DNA of 64,000 bases from Podarcis melisellensis (lineage: Eukaryota). A program made the position numbers and the translations under genes. The stretch is from NCBI GenBank assembly GCA_964234715.1, contig OZ174281.1, one strand, 5' to 3'. Below are positions 1 to 11,200 of the stretch, in pieces (within the stretch, counting starts at the first letter, position 1; each line of letters begins with the position of its first letter). A model generated the notes under the pieces. That model saw only the letters and a list, made by a program, of their open reading frames with translations. It did not search any database and was not told the DNA's origin.

Positions 1-900
1 GAGTCACCGCCTCTCTCTATGGTTCCTCCCCCTCCCCCCCCGCTCCAGGTCCTCCGGCTTGTGCCTTACCCAGCGTGCACCGCGGCGGAAGAGAGTGACG
101 ACAATAACAAACAGCGGCGGCGAGGGCTGCGCGTAAAGCGAGCGGGGGGCCCTGCGAAGGAGCGCCCGGAATCCCCGGCTGTGTGGCTTCCCTTCCCCGC
201 GCGCCACCTCCGCGTCTCTCTCCCTCCCTGTTCCTGTCAGGGAGCCCCGCCGCCGCCGCCGCCTCCCCTCCCGCTCTTGTCCTCCGGGCGGCGGCGCCTG
301 AGCTTGCCCTGTGGAGCCGCAGCGAAGGGGAGGAGGAGGAGGAGGAGCTTCCGCGGCCGCCGGTCACCGGCGCGGGATGGTGCGCGGGGCCGCCCAGCTG
401 TTGCTGCCGCTGGCGCCGCCGCTGGTGTTTGGCTCTCCTTCGGGTACGTCGGGAAAAGGGCGCGGTGGGGGAGCGAGGCGGCCGCGGCAGTTGCTGCTGT
501 CGCCGGGGCGACCAAGGCCCGCCTTCCTTCTCCTCCCTTCGGCAGGGGAGGGGCGAGGACCCTCTTTTCGTGGTGGGGGTGGGCTTGCGAGGGCGGAGCC
601 GCCGCCACCCCCTCAGTCGGGGTGGGGCGGGGGGTTATCTCCGTCCGTGGGCTGAAGAACCTCGAGGTTTGGGGGCTGAGAGCTGAGGCTCTCCCCGTCT
701 CCCTCCCCGCCTCTGGCCCGCGTAGCTCGGAAGGGGGACCGGCTCGTCCTGAAGTTAACTCCGAGGGGGGATGACTCAGCCCATCAGCGCTTCTCGCAGC
801 CCCGCCCACAGCACCTTGTTGCGAAAAAGGAGGCAGCGTGCTCCGAGGGGGTGGCTGGGGTGGTTTTGTTTTCTTCTTTCCTCACCCAGGACAGCAGGCT
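1..900. promoter_or_regulatory. RB1CC1: CpG island / promoter and first exon region of RB1CC1
   Basis: Very GC- and CpG-rich against an AT-rich remainder, with GGGCGG boxes; lies upstream of the first coding exon. Confidence 0.85.
97..443 (+). other. RB1CC1: RB1CC1 exon 1 (5' UTR); start approximate
   Basis: Donor CGG|GTACGT at 443/444 inside the CpG island. GACAATAACAAAC near 100 resembles the mammalian RB1CC1 mRNA 5' end (from memory). Confidence 0.6.
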
Positions 901-2698
901 CATTACCTAAAGCCTTCATTCGCACGGATGCTAGCGAAGGATTTCTAGTTTTTTGGGGGGTTTTTTTGCTCCATCTCCTCCACACCCAACTTTCCCTCCC
1001 CCCCTCCTTTTGCGCTGAAGGCCCTGTGTGAATGCCAAGTCACATTGGGTCGGAATGGTCTTCTAAGTTAGGTGGGCTTGGCCCAAATTCACTGTTTGTG
1101 TGGGTGGGTGTCACTGACTCGGTGATATTCACATAAAACCAGGCAATTGCCTCTTTGTAGGCTTCGCTTATGTTGTAGGTTTGAGCTTGTTGACAAAATA
1201 CACATAAACATGCTGTTACAATATGAAATTGTTTGGGTCAATTAAATGGCTGTTTGTTAGATAAGCATTATAGAACATTGTATTTCATTGACACCATTAT
1301 GTATTTCATTGACACTGGGTCAGGTGAAAGTAGATTGGTTTAAGTGATATGTAGGTTATGCTGAACATGTTATGAAAAGTTGGTGTGGGGTAAATCACTG
1401 TAATCCTTTTTTTTTAACATGAATACTACAAAAAGTGTTTAATTTTTCTACTGTGAAGTGAAAGCTATTGGAACATCTGTCAGTGTGAGTAGCATTGCAA
1501 CTGCTTTTATTTTTAACTTCGGACACTGGCTTCTAACTTCAGACGCTGGCTTTGCAAACTTTGCTTCTATTTCTTTGTGTCCTTAAGTTTTGAAGCTTTG
1601 AGGTGCATTGTAGGTCTTTGCCAAATGTAGAATGTGAAGAATAATAGCCTTCCCAATCAGCGTTAATAGCAAGCAGAGCAATCCAACACCCACTCCTCTT
1701 TATGCTGAGTGGGGGTTGCATTAGGTGGAGGTGTTCCTCTGCCCACCTCTTAGACCTTCTGCTGAGCAGGTGGCAAGCTGTCTGACTGCTGTTGCTCAGT
1801 GCTGTCAGGCCCAGTTGTTGTGTCCCCACTTTCCACTGTGTCCACTGAGAGTGGCAGGGCTTCCATTGTGGCAGTGGCTACACTGCTCTGCAAAACCCCA
1901 TTGGCAGGAGATGGGAGTTTGATTTGTACTCTTTAAATTTAGTTTTATGAACCTGTGAAGCATAGTGTGGTGTTCACATGAGTTCCAATGATTGGTGTTT
2001 CTTTTTGTAAGACTGTGTTTAGTTGACAAAATATTTAAGTCATTGGCAGTGTGGACTTAATTTTTTTTTTATTTAGAGAGCAATCATCTTTCTTCCTGTA
2101 TATAGTATTAGATATTTATTTAAGTTTAAACCTACAGTAGGACTGGGCAATACCTGGTTTTGAGCACCATGATACATCCACCAGCTAAACATAGCAATAT
2201 ATTGATACATCATGATGTCTGAAATAAGGATAGAACTATGTAAAGCCAAATAGTCCTACAATGTATTTGGGAAATCAAGAATTTAATGTGAACTGTCATA
2301 AGAAAATTTCCCTGTCACAGTACTTTCTTAATGTAACATAGAACAGTACATAGCAGTTACATAACCAACTACTGCTGTAGTACTAGCAGTTAGTGAATCT
2401 TAGGTGTATTAATAGGGCAAGGGCTGCATTCAACTATTTCTTGGATTTATTTATTTTTTAGGGGAAGGACCTTGCTTGTACCTATGTGCTTATAGTTTAT
2501 TGATCAGACATTTTAGTCTAGCGCTTAGGTAGAAAGTATTTAATATGTTGGTATTAAAGTATTCCCATGATACAGGAACACACCAGACAATGATATAGCC
2601 TGCATGAAATTATGGTTTCACAGTTGTGCCATGCTATAGACTCCATTGGCCTCATAGTTTACATTAACTGTACTGATAGAGGGGTATAGGTATTATAG

Positions 2699-2942
2699 GT
2701 AAAGGTAAAGGGACCCCTGACCATTAGGTCCAGTCATGACCGACTCTGGGCTTGCGGCGCTCATCTCGCTTTATAGGCCAAGGGAGCCGGCGTACAACTT
2801 CTGGGTCATGTGGCCAGCATGACTAAGCTGCTTCTGGCGAACCAGAGCAGCGCACGGAAACGCCGTTTACCTTCCCGCTGGAGCGGTACGTATTTATCTA
2901 CTTGCACTTTGACATGCTTTTGAACTGCCAGGTTGGCAGGAG
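2699..2942 (-). mobile_element. Sauria SINE, 5'-truncated
   Basis: (ACCTTT)n tail on the - strand; same body as 45299 and 50680; 13-bp TSD ATAGGTAYATAG-type at 2686-2698 / 2943-2955 with one mismatch. Confidence 0.85.
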
Positions 2943-5024
2943 ATAGGTATCATAGTTGTGAAGTATTTCACCTTAATTTGTGATATACTTGTTTTTGAAC
3001 AGCTCCAGGATATCATTATGAGAAGCTAATGCTCCATGTAAGGTGTTTTGTTCTATGTATTCTCTACTGGTTTGATTCTCATTAGGAATCTTCAAGGATA
3101 CCCTATGTGTGTCTCCTTTATGGGGGGTCTTGTTGAGCAACCCTACATATACTTTCCTAAGGTACATCCCAGCACAACACTGACTTCTAAGTAGATGTAT
3201 AGGATTGCTCTACTGGTTTAATTTCAGTATGGATGGAGAGATGTTTTCATCCAACATGTATCTGTCTTGATCCATAACTGCTTTGGTGATTTTTAAAATA
3301 ATGGTTGTTATCTATGAAATTTCATGATGCTTAACATTTTAATGTTAAAATATGTTTACTGTTTGCAGTAGGAGAGTTTGGGATGACATGTAAATGAACT
3401 GTTAAAGAATTTAAACTCTGTTGGCATGGGGGAGGGAAGAAATTGTATCCATAAATCTTAAGAATCCATGCAAATGTGAATTGTTACTTGATAGAATGCC
3501 TTATTTGTATAGTGTGGGTTTGCCAACTTTTTTTGACCACCAGGTGCGTTTGAATTTTAAGAGTTCTGGGGACACTAGTCACCAAATAGCTGCTTGTAAT
3601 GCAAAATGGCTGCATGGCATAACACTAAATTAGAGAAACAGTGACCCCCCCCAACAACCTTATGTTTACCATGGGAAGTCCTGATTGTTGAGATTGTACA
3701 ATATCAATTTTACACACACACTGATAGTGTTGTTTTCTAATAGAAATGGGAGCATTCCTCAGTACCAGGAAAAAATATACAAGGTGGCCACACCATACTG
3801 GACATTTTGCCTCATAACTTTCTTTCTAGGAGGGCTAGATACTTACTTTACTTACTTTCTATAGTGAATTAGCATTCCAAACTCTCCTCACAACAGTTTT
3901 GCATGTAGGTTGTTGTCTGCAAAATGCAGGCAAAGATCACAGATGATAATGTTGTGACTTGCTTGGGGTCAATGAATACATATTCATAGCCTAGTCACAA
4001 TTTTGAATTTAGTTTCCTAGCTCCAGTCTTATGCATTCACCCACGTCCACCCTGTCTAACAACACTATTTTTTGGAATATATGGAGTTTTTTGTGTTCCA
4101 CACAGCAAAGCAATATTCATAGCACATTTCATATTTTACTGTTGGGGGTAATGAAATTCCTGGGCTCCAGCTCTTAAAAATACTTTGGTGCCTAGGATTT
4201 TTCCAGTTTTCTTTGAGTTTTTCTTGCTTCTGTTTAGACACGCCCTTGGTAAGAATGGTACAGACACTGTCCTGGACCACACAACATAATAAGCGAAATG
4301 ATAGCTTACTTACTGAAACTGCCCAAATATGGGCTCTGAGAGAGGAGTATGCAGTTGCTTTTCTTCTCCTTTTTGCTGCTGTCCTGTGTTGAGCTAAGCC
4401 ATGGTTTGACATCAAACCAGGATTTGTGAGTTACACTCTCTCCTTGCTAACCACAAGCTGTAACCAATATTTTGTTTTTTTGTTTTTATTTCACTTATGA
4501 ATCACTCCCATAAGGAATCCTTGGAGGACCTTACTGCTTATTTTCCTTCCTTGTAAAAAAATGTCTCTTCTAGCCATTTTGTCCTTTTACCTGTTTTCAA
4601 CCTGTAAGACTACCCCTTGATCGTGCTTCTTGGCTAAGTTTGCTCAGAAGCACTTGAATAGTGTATAAAAAGCTCTGCGGACATTCCAGGTACATAAAAT
4701 TTAGCTGATTACCCCAATGTACATACTTGTGACACTCTGAAATAAAAGTGGCAAGTTAGAAGCTCTTTGAAGAAGCCATGCTGACTTGTCTTCAACAAGG
4801 CTTATGCTTTTAGGTGTTTTAATGTCCTAGCTTTAATCATGCTTTCTTCTAATTACTTAAAACGTCACTTAGGCCTACTGGTCTGTAATTTGCTAGATTC
4901 CCTTTAAATACTGGGATTAATTACACTGATAGCCTTCTAACCCTCTGATTCTGGTTTTAATAAGTTGGATTCTTTGTGAAATTTTGGCACTTTTCACATT
5001 TGAGTTTGTAAAGAAGTCTTGGCT

Positions 5025-5159
5025 CTGGCATAGACAAACTCGGCCCTCCAAATGTTTGGGACTACAACTCCCATCATCCCTGACCTCTGGTCCTGTTAGA
5101 TAGGGATGATGGGAGTTGTAGTCCCAAAACATCTGGAGGGCCAAGTTTGTCTATCCCTG
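5025..5159. mobile_element. Palindromic hAT-type MITE
   Basis: Near-perfect fold-back (GGGACTACAACTCCCATCATCCCT / AGGGATGATGGGAGTTGTAGTCCC); 8-bp TSD TCTTGGCT/TCTTGGAT. Degraded relatives at ~20603-20737 and ~39435-39555. Confidence 0.75.
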
Positions 5160-6492
5160 TCTTGGATGAATGCTATCTTGTTCCAGTGATCTGTTAAACT
5201 TCTAATGTGACATTTAGCTTTATAATGAGATTGCTTAGCACCTTTATTTGGCATGGCTCTTTCTTCCCCAAAAGGAGTGGTTTGACTGTGGAGCTCTCAT
5301 CAGCATTTTTTACAATGAAAACTAGTGGAAACAACACATTTTGTTTTGCTGCAGTCTCCAATCTTCTTACAGTAGTTCTTTCACCCATTTGCTATCCAAG
5401 GTTCTTACTGCCTCTTTACTGGTTTCCTGCACTTAATATCTTAACTTAAGTGCTTGTGGTTGTTTTTTTTTTTAATACCCTTGTTCATCTTTTTTGCTTG
5501 CTTCAACTTGTATTTGCCACAGTAAGCAGTCTGGTTAATTTACCTCTTTTGAACAGTGCTTCCATTTTTCTAAAAAAGACTCGTTGCAGTTTACGGTGTT
5601 CTTGACATTTAACCACATAGTCTCTTGGATTTGTTCCTTTCCTATCCTTTCTATTTTATGTACTTATTTTATTGGATTTTTATTAAAGTGGTTTGAATAA
5701 CCTCCAAGCTTTCTGGGACGATCTGGGCCTTCGTTATATCTCCAAACCAAGTTACTTTAAACAAATCATCTCCCATTTAGAGGGCTGCCTCTTCTGAAAT
5801 GAAGTATAACTGTGCTGGACTTGCTAGGCAGTTTTCTGCTCATGTGCGTGTTGAATATGATAGAGTTGTAATTTCTTGGCAACACATCCTTGATCTGATT
5901 TAGGGCACTGCTCAGGATTCAGGCCCCATCTACACTATACATTTAAAACATACTACTTTAAATAGTCCCAAAGAATCTTGGGAAGAGTAGTTTGTTAAGG
6001 GTGCTGAGAGTTGCTAGGAGACCCCATTCGCTTCCCAAAGCTACACTTTCAGTGGTTTAACGCTGGATGCTTCTTCCCAGGGAACTCTGGGAACCGATGG
6101 AAATGAGTTGGGTGGAATGTGGTTGAAGGAGAGAGAAACTTGTTTGATTGGATGCAACTCAAAGTCTCCAAGCAACGTTCATAATAAACCTGTAATCTGA
6201 TTATGTTTGGATGTGCCCTGATTTTTTTGTTCATCTCAGTATCATCATCAGAACTTAGGGCAAGAATATATAGTATTTGTACTGCATTTCAAACGAAGCC
6301 TCTCAAAGTATATTGCACTTGTTTTTCTTCCCACAGTGGTTCTGATAGGATGACAACTAAGGTCTCTGCTTTGTTCAGTTGTAAATAACAAAGCCTGGTC
6401 ACTGGTGGTAATTTAGTCTCCCCTCTGGGCAACTAGACAGGGAAGCGTTTGTAAATTGCAGAAGAGTTGCTTTTTCTCCTTCTCCTTCTTAA

Positions 6493-6630
6493 AATCATAG
6501 AACTGTAGAGTTGGACCCCAAGGGCCATCTAGCCTCAACCCCTGCAATGCAGAAATCTTTTGTCCAATGTGGAGCTCAAACCCATGGAGCTGAGATTAAG
6601 AGTTGCATGCTCTACTGACTGAGCTATCCC
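6493..6630 (-). mobile_element. tRNA-Lys(CTT)-derived SINE with CR1-type 3' tail
   Basis: The - strand reads GGGATAGCTCAGTCAGTAGAGCATG..ACTCTTAATCTCAG (tRNA-Lys-like head) and ends in TTCTATGAT. Confidence 0.7.
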
Positions 6631-7007
6631 ACTATACACCAAATTACTATCATAGATATGTGGTGGTATTCATGAGTCTGAGTTTTCTGTTTCAGCTTAG
6701 ATGAAATTGTTGTGTTCATGCCGTACAGAAATAATTTAAATGAGGTTTTTCAGAATTAATCAGTCTCACATTTCTTTTCTCTACAATCACCTAGTTTTCC
6801 CCGCCTAATGTTTATTGTAAACCTTCTATGGCAATTTTGTTTTTTGTTCTGTTTAGTACGAAGTATACAATTGGCATGAAAAAAGTGCTTTAATAGTAGT
6901 TTTTGAAGTGCAGCATTGTTGTGAACATTTGAATAGTCATTGTTAACTTGCTTCCTGTTGCACAAATATTCACCCTTCATTCTCTCTCACCCCCCATTAC
7001 TTTTTAG

Positions 7008-7126
7008 GTCTTTGATGCTCTGTGTTTAATAGAAACTTCATTCTCTTGCCAAAGTCAAATGAGGAAAATAGGTGGTTTTGCAACCCAGCTGTTAAAGACT
7101 GTGGAACCTCCATGCAGTGCCTGAAG
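7008..7126 (+). other. RB1CC1: RB1CC1 exon 2 (5' UTR, non-coding), predicted
   Basis: Long pyrimidine tract plus TTTTTAG| acceptor and AAG|GTAACT donor, just upstream of the ATG exon. Confidence 0.6.
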
Positions 7127-8187
7127 GTAACTGTTTCATCCCAGAGAGCAAACATTTCAAGTTTAAACTCCTAACAAATTATTTGCTACAGGTTTTTTGT
7201 TTTTGTTTTTTTGAGAATTTGGTTCTAAGTGATTGGTGTCATCATAAACAAATTAAAGTTGCCGGGTTTTGCTCTTTTAATTAATATATTATAATGATTC
7301 CTCCTGACCATCCAGGCATTGAAGTAATTCTAGCAGTTATGTAAACAATTCCCTAAAGTCTTAAAAATATAGCCTATCTGGGTACAGAACCTTTGTTGCC
7401 AGTGATGGTTGGGGCTAGAGGTGAAAGTGAGTGAAGGAATAAATGTACAGATTACCTTTATACAGTAGGCTAGTAAAGCAGCCTGTTTCCTAGTTCCTTT
7501 GCAAAAAATCATGAAAAAGTATGTGTGAAAAATTTGGAATTCTCAGGATGTTATGGAGTGTCAGTCTCCTAGGGTACCACACACATGGGGTTGTATCCAG
7601 TGTTAGTCCTCCTCTAGAGAAGACTCATTGAAATGGGTGGATGAGACCAGCTTGGGTATGTTAATTTCAGTGGGTGTACTCTGAAATTATGTCACCTGCA
7701 TGTCCCAGGAGGACATACAATTATTGGGATCTGAGTTAGTTCTTGTGTTTAGGATTTTTTTGGGGGGGAGGGCATGTATGCAAGAGATGGTTGAAAGAGG
7801 CAGAATAGACTACTAATACAGTGATACCCTGTATCATGTTACCATAATACCTTGGTTACTAATAGCCATGGGGTGGTCACTGACACAGTTGCTTCTGACC
7901 TTCCCCAAAATGTCGCAAAGCAAATCAACCCCTGCTAAAGGCTACCACACATAATATGCTGTAATGGAATGATTCTCTTACGTCCTTGGAACTGCTGCAG
8001 CATCAGTTCATAGCTATATGTTAGGATTTCCTACTATGAATGTGCCTCAAGTGTTGACACTGAAAACCTTTAGATTGAAAATAATTTTTATGTGTTATTA
8101 TTAAGCTGATATTTGGGTTTCTTTTCAGCTTTTAAATAATAATCACAGAGTTGAAGCTATAAACTTCTGGATCCTAAAGAAGTCACC

Positions 8188-8258
8188 ATGAAGTTATATG
8201 TATTTCTGGTCAACACTGGAACCACCCTTACCTTTGACACAGAACTTGCCGTACAGAA
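8188..8258 (+). CDS. RB1CC1: RB1CC1 exon 3 coding part (exon starts 8129)
   Basis: CACCATGAAG start; MKLYVFLVNTGTTLTFDTELAVQ; donor AA|GTAAGT. Confidence 0.95.
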
Positions 8259-11200
8259 GTAAGTAAATCCTTCTGGTCTTCTGTGAGGAGTCTGTTGCTG
8301 GAATGTTCGTAGCAAAGCCATTTCTTGATTCACAGTATATGTTTTGTTTGGGAGTGAGAGTTAAAGCAAAACTGCTATTAGAATGAACCTTTAGTGTTCC
8401 AGCTTTTCTGAGACATTTAGAGAATTTAATAAATACTCTCTTATTAATGTGGTTTTTGTTCCATTACACGAACCTTGCTGGAGCTCACCCCCTTCGTCCT
8501 TGTTTGAGATCCTTCCTCCTTTGCCAGTCACTCTAAATTAAGAGAGCTTGTGCTGGATATATGGCATGGTCCCTGCAGCAGGACCAACTTAAGTTGCCTG
8601 TTCTGTCCTTAAACAGTTGGGATGGTTTCTCTTATAAAATGCCATTAGTGATGGATTGACAAAGGGCAGTTGCTACTCCCAGCCTCTATCATTGGCATTA
8701 TCTATATTAAGTCTTTAACATTTAGAGTACTCTGTAAATGTATAATTCTTAAGGATCTGTGGAAGATACTGAAACTTTCTTTTGTTATTTTAATCAGTGT
8801 GGCAGACCTTAAACAAGCTATCCAAACTAAATACAAGATCGCTATTCAACATCAAGTATTGGTTGTCAATGGAGGAGAGTGTATGGCAGCTGACAGGAAA
8901 GTCTGTAGTTATAGTGCTGGAACGGTAAATATTCACTTCTCTTTCCATTATTTCATTTTTTTAAAAAAAAGTCTGGAAGGAGAAGAAAGTAATACTTATT
9001 ATCTTAACACAGGATACAAACCCAATTTTTCTCTTCAACAAAGAAATGATCTTGTGTGAACGTCCTCCAGCTATTCCAAAAACAACATTTTCAGCAGAAA
9101 ATGAGATGGAATTAAAAGTGGAAGAATCTCTTATGATGCCTGCAGTTTTTCACACGGTAGCTTCACGGACACAGCTTGCTGTGGTAAGCAGTTTCAGACC
9201 CTTTAACAATTGGGCTGTGTTAAAGCATTGAGCACTCAGTAAACTCTCTCAAATTGAAGCTAGCTGGACATGTTGCTGCTTTCATGGTACAAAGTTTTAC
9301 TTTTGGTACTCTTCTGTTTCATTTTGTGGGGATGGAATAGTATCTTTTGGATTTTGACATACTGGATTAATCCAGGAGTCTGTAAACAAGTTTTGAAATG
9401 TCCTCTGTTTGTAGGAGGTTAGAAGTAATGATAAAGTAATGATAATGGTATGGTATGACAGGGTGAACAGGTGTGGAATAAGGAAGGGATTGTGGCATGA
9501 AACAGAAATGTGTGATCCCATAGTCTGTTTTAGAACTTTTTAGAATCTTGGTAAATGCCCAGAAAACATTGCATTTGCACCTACCTTTAGTTAGTACCAT
9601 TTTCTCTTGAGTATTTTTCAAAATTACATTTTTTTGAACGGAAGACCACCAACATGTTTGCAATAAAAGTGGTGTTTCTGATGCAAATGCACTTTATGCT
9701 GTTTATGGAAGTGCAAATAGATATGTGTGTTGCATGAAAACTACATGGGTTTTCATAACTTTCTGTAAAATGCTTTGAGGCTTTTTTTAAAAGTTGGCAT
9801 ATAAATCTTACAGAATAAATATGATTACAATTAGGTATTTTAGATGGTTTGTTAAGAACAGATTTCATTTTGCCTTGATTGGGTGGATGAATCCTTTGAT
9901 ACTGTGGGATCCAGTATCAAAAGTGCATCAAAAAGTGGTCAGCCAGATGTTTCAAAGAAGCTTAACAAGTAGCATGTGATCTATAAGGGTGATTTGATAG
10001 CTCAGCTTCTGCAGAAGATTCCAGGTTAAATGTGTGGAATCTTCAGTTAAAAGATCAGCTAGCAGGAGGTTGGGAAAACTCTTTCTGAAATCCTGGGCAG
10101 CCTCTCCCAGTCAAAGTAACTACTGGGTTAGATGGACAAATAGTCTGGTGGAGCTTCCTATGCTCCTTCATAGCCATATCATGTTTCTCCCTAACAGCTA
10201 GTAATCAAAGGTATGCTACCTCTGAACAAAGCAATTTGTCCTGCCTTCATTTATTTAACCCTAGCATTCATGATATTCTGTGACAATGAATTTCATAAAC
10301 TTCATTTACTATAGGAAAATGTACTTCTTCTTGCTAGTTTGTCCTGAGCCTGCTGCTGGTCACCTTTATTCAGTGACCCTGAGCTCTTTGAAAAGAGGAT
10401 AATTTATCATATTTAATGAAGTTAGTTGGTTTTATTTCCAAAAATTTTATGCCACCAACATTAGGGGGGGAAATATCGCGATCAACAGCATGAAGTGAAT
10501 AAAATTTCATTCGTAAAACAAATACAAAATATATTACAGGTATATCTGTAATTAGTATATCTGACTAATACATCAACTGATGAATACATCAACATTGGTG
10601 GATCACCCCTTGGACAGAAGTGAATAGATTTTTGACAGATGCCTAAATTCCAATGTAATAGGTGCCTATCTGATGTTGGCTGGAAGTGCATTCCAAGGGA
10701 CAGGTGCTTACCCAGAACTAACATCATAGCAGGAGTCAAACTTAGTTTATTGACCCTTATCCAGCTCACTTCAGCACCGCCACACCTGATTCACATGGTG
10801 TGGAAAAATAGTACTGGGTGTTGTTGATGTACTGATGAGGGCCAATCAGAGAGGATCTTGGGAGTTTTACACAGCCTGGAAGTAGGTAGGAAGTGCTTAT
10901 TGGCACCTAGCCAGGATTTGGGAATAAAAAAGATGGAGCATAAGCTGGAGGAGATTTTTCTCTTGCTCTTCCTAGATGCTTTCTTGCATGTTAACAAAAC
11001 GTGCAGTGCCTATGTGTTGGCTGGCTTTGGAAACTGCACAGCATATCACCTTGTTAGTTAAAAAAGGCAGACGAGTGATCTGCAGGGGGTGAGGCATTTG
11101 AGCCTGTGTTGTTCTGAGCCTTCCAGGACAACTACCCTCACTCAGATTCCTTTTGTAGGGCCTTCTACTGCACATCTTGTCTTTGCACCAGTGAATCATT

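Noticed and set aside
4-1031. Several long overlapping ORFs (up to 251 aa) on both strands
   Set aside because: Low-complexity Gly/Ala/Arg/Pro products expected from stop-codon scarcity in a CpG island; they cross the exon 1 donor
1279-1315. 16-bp direct repeat TGTATTTCATTGACAC
   Set aside because: Small local duplication with no further structure
6560-6630. tRNA-Lys gene
   Set aside because: Degenerate, with a broken acceptor stem and T-arm, and fused to a CR1 tail, so it is a SINE head
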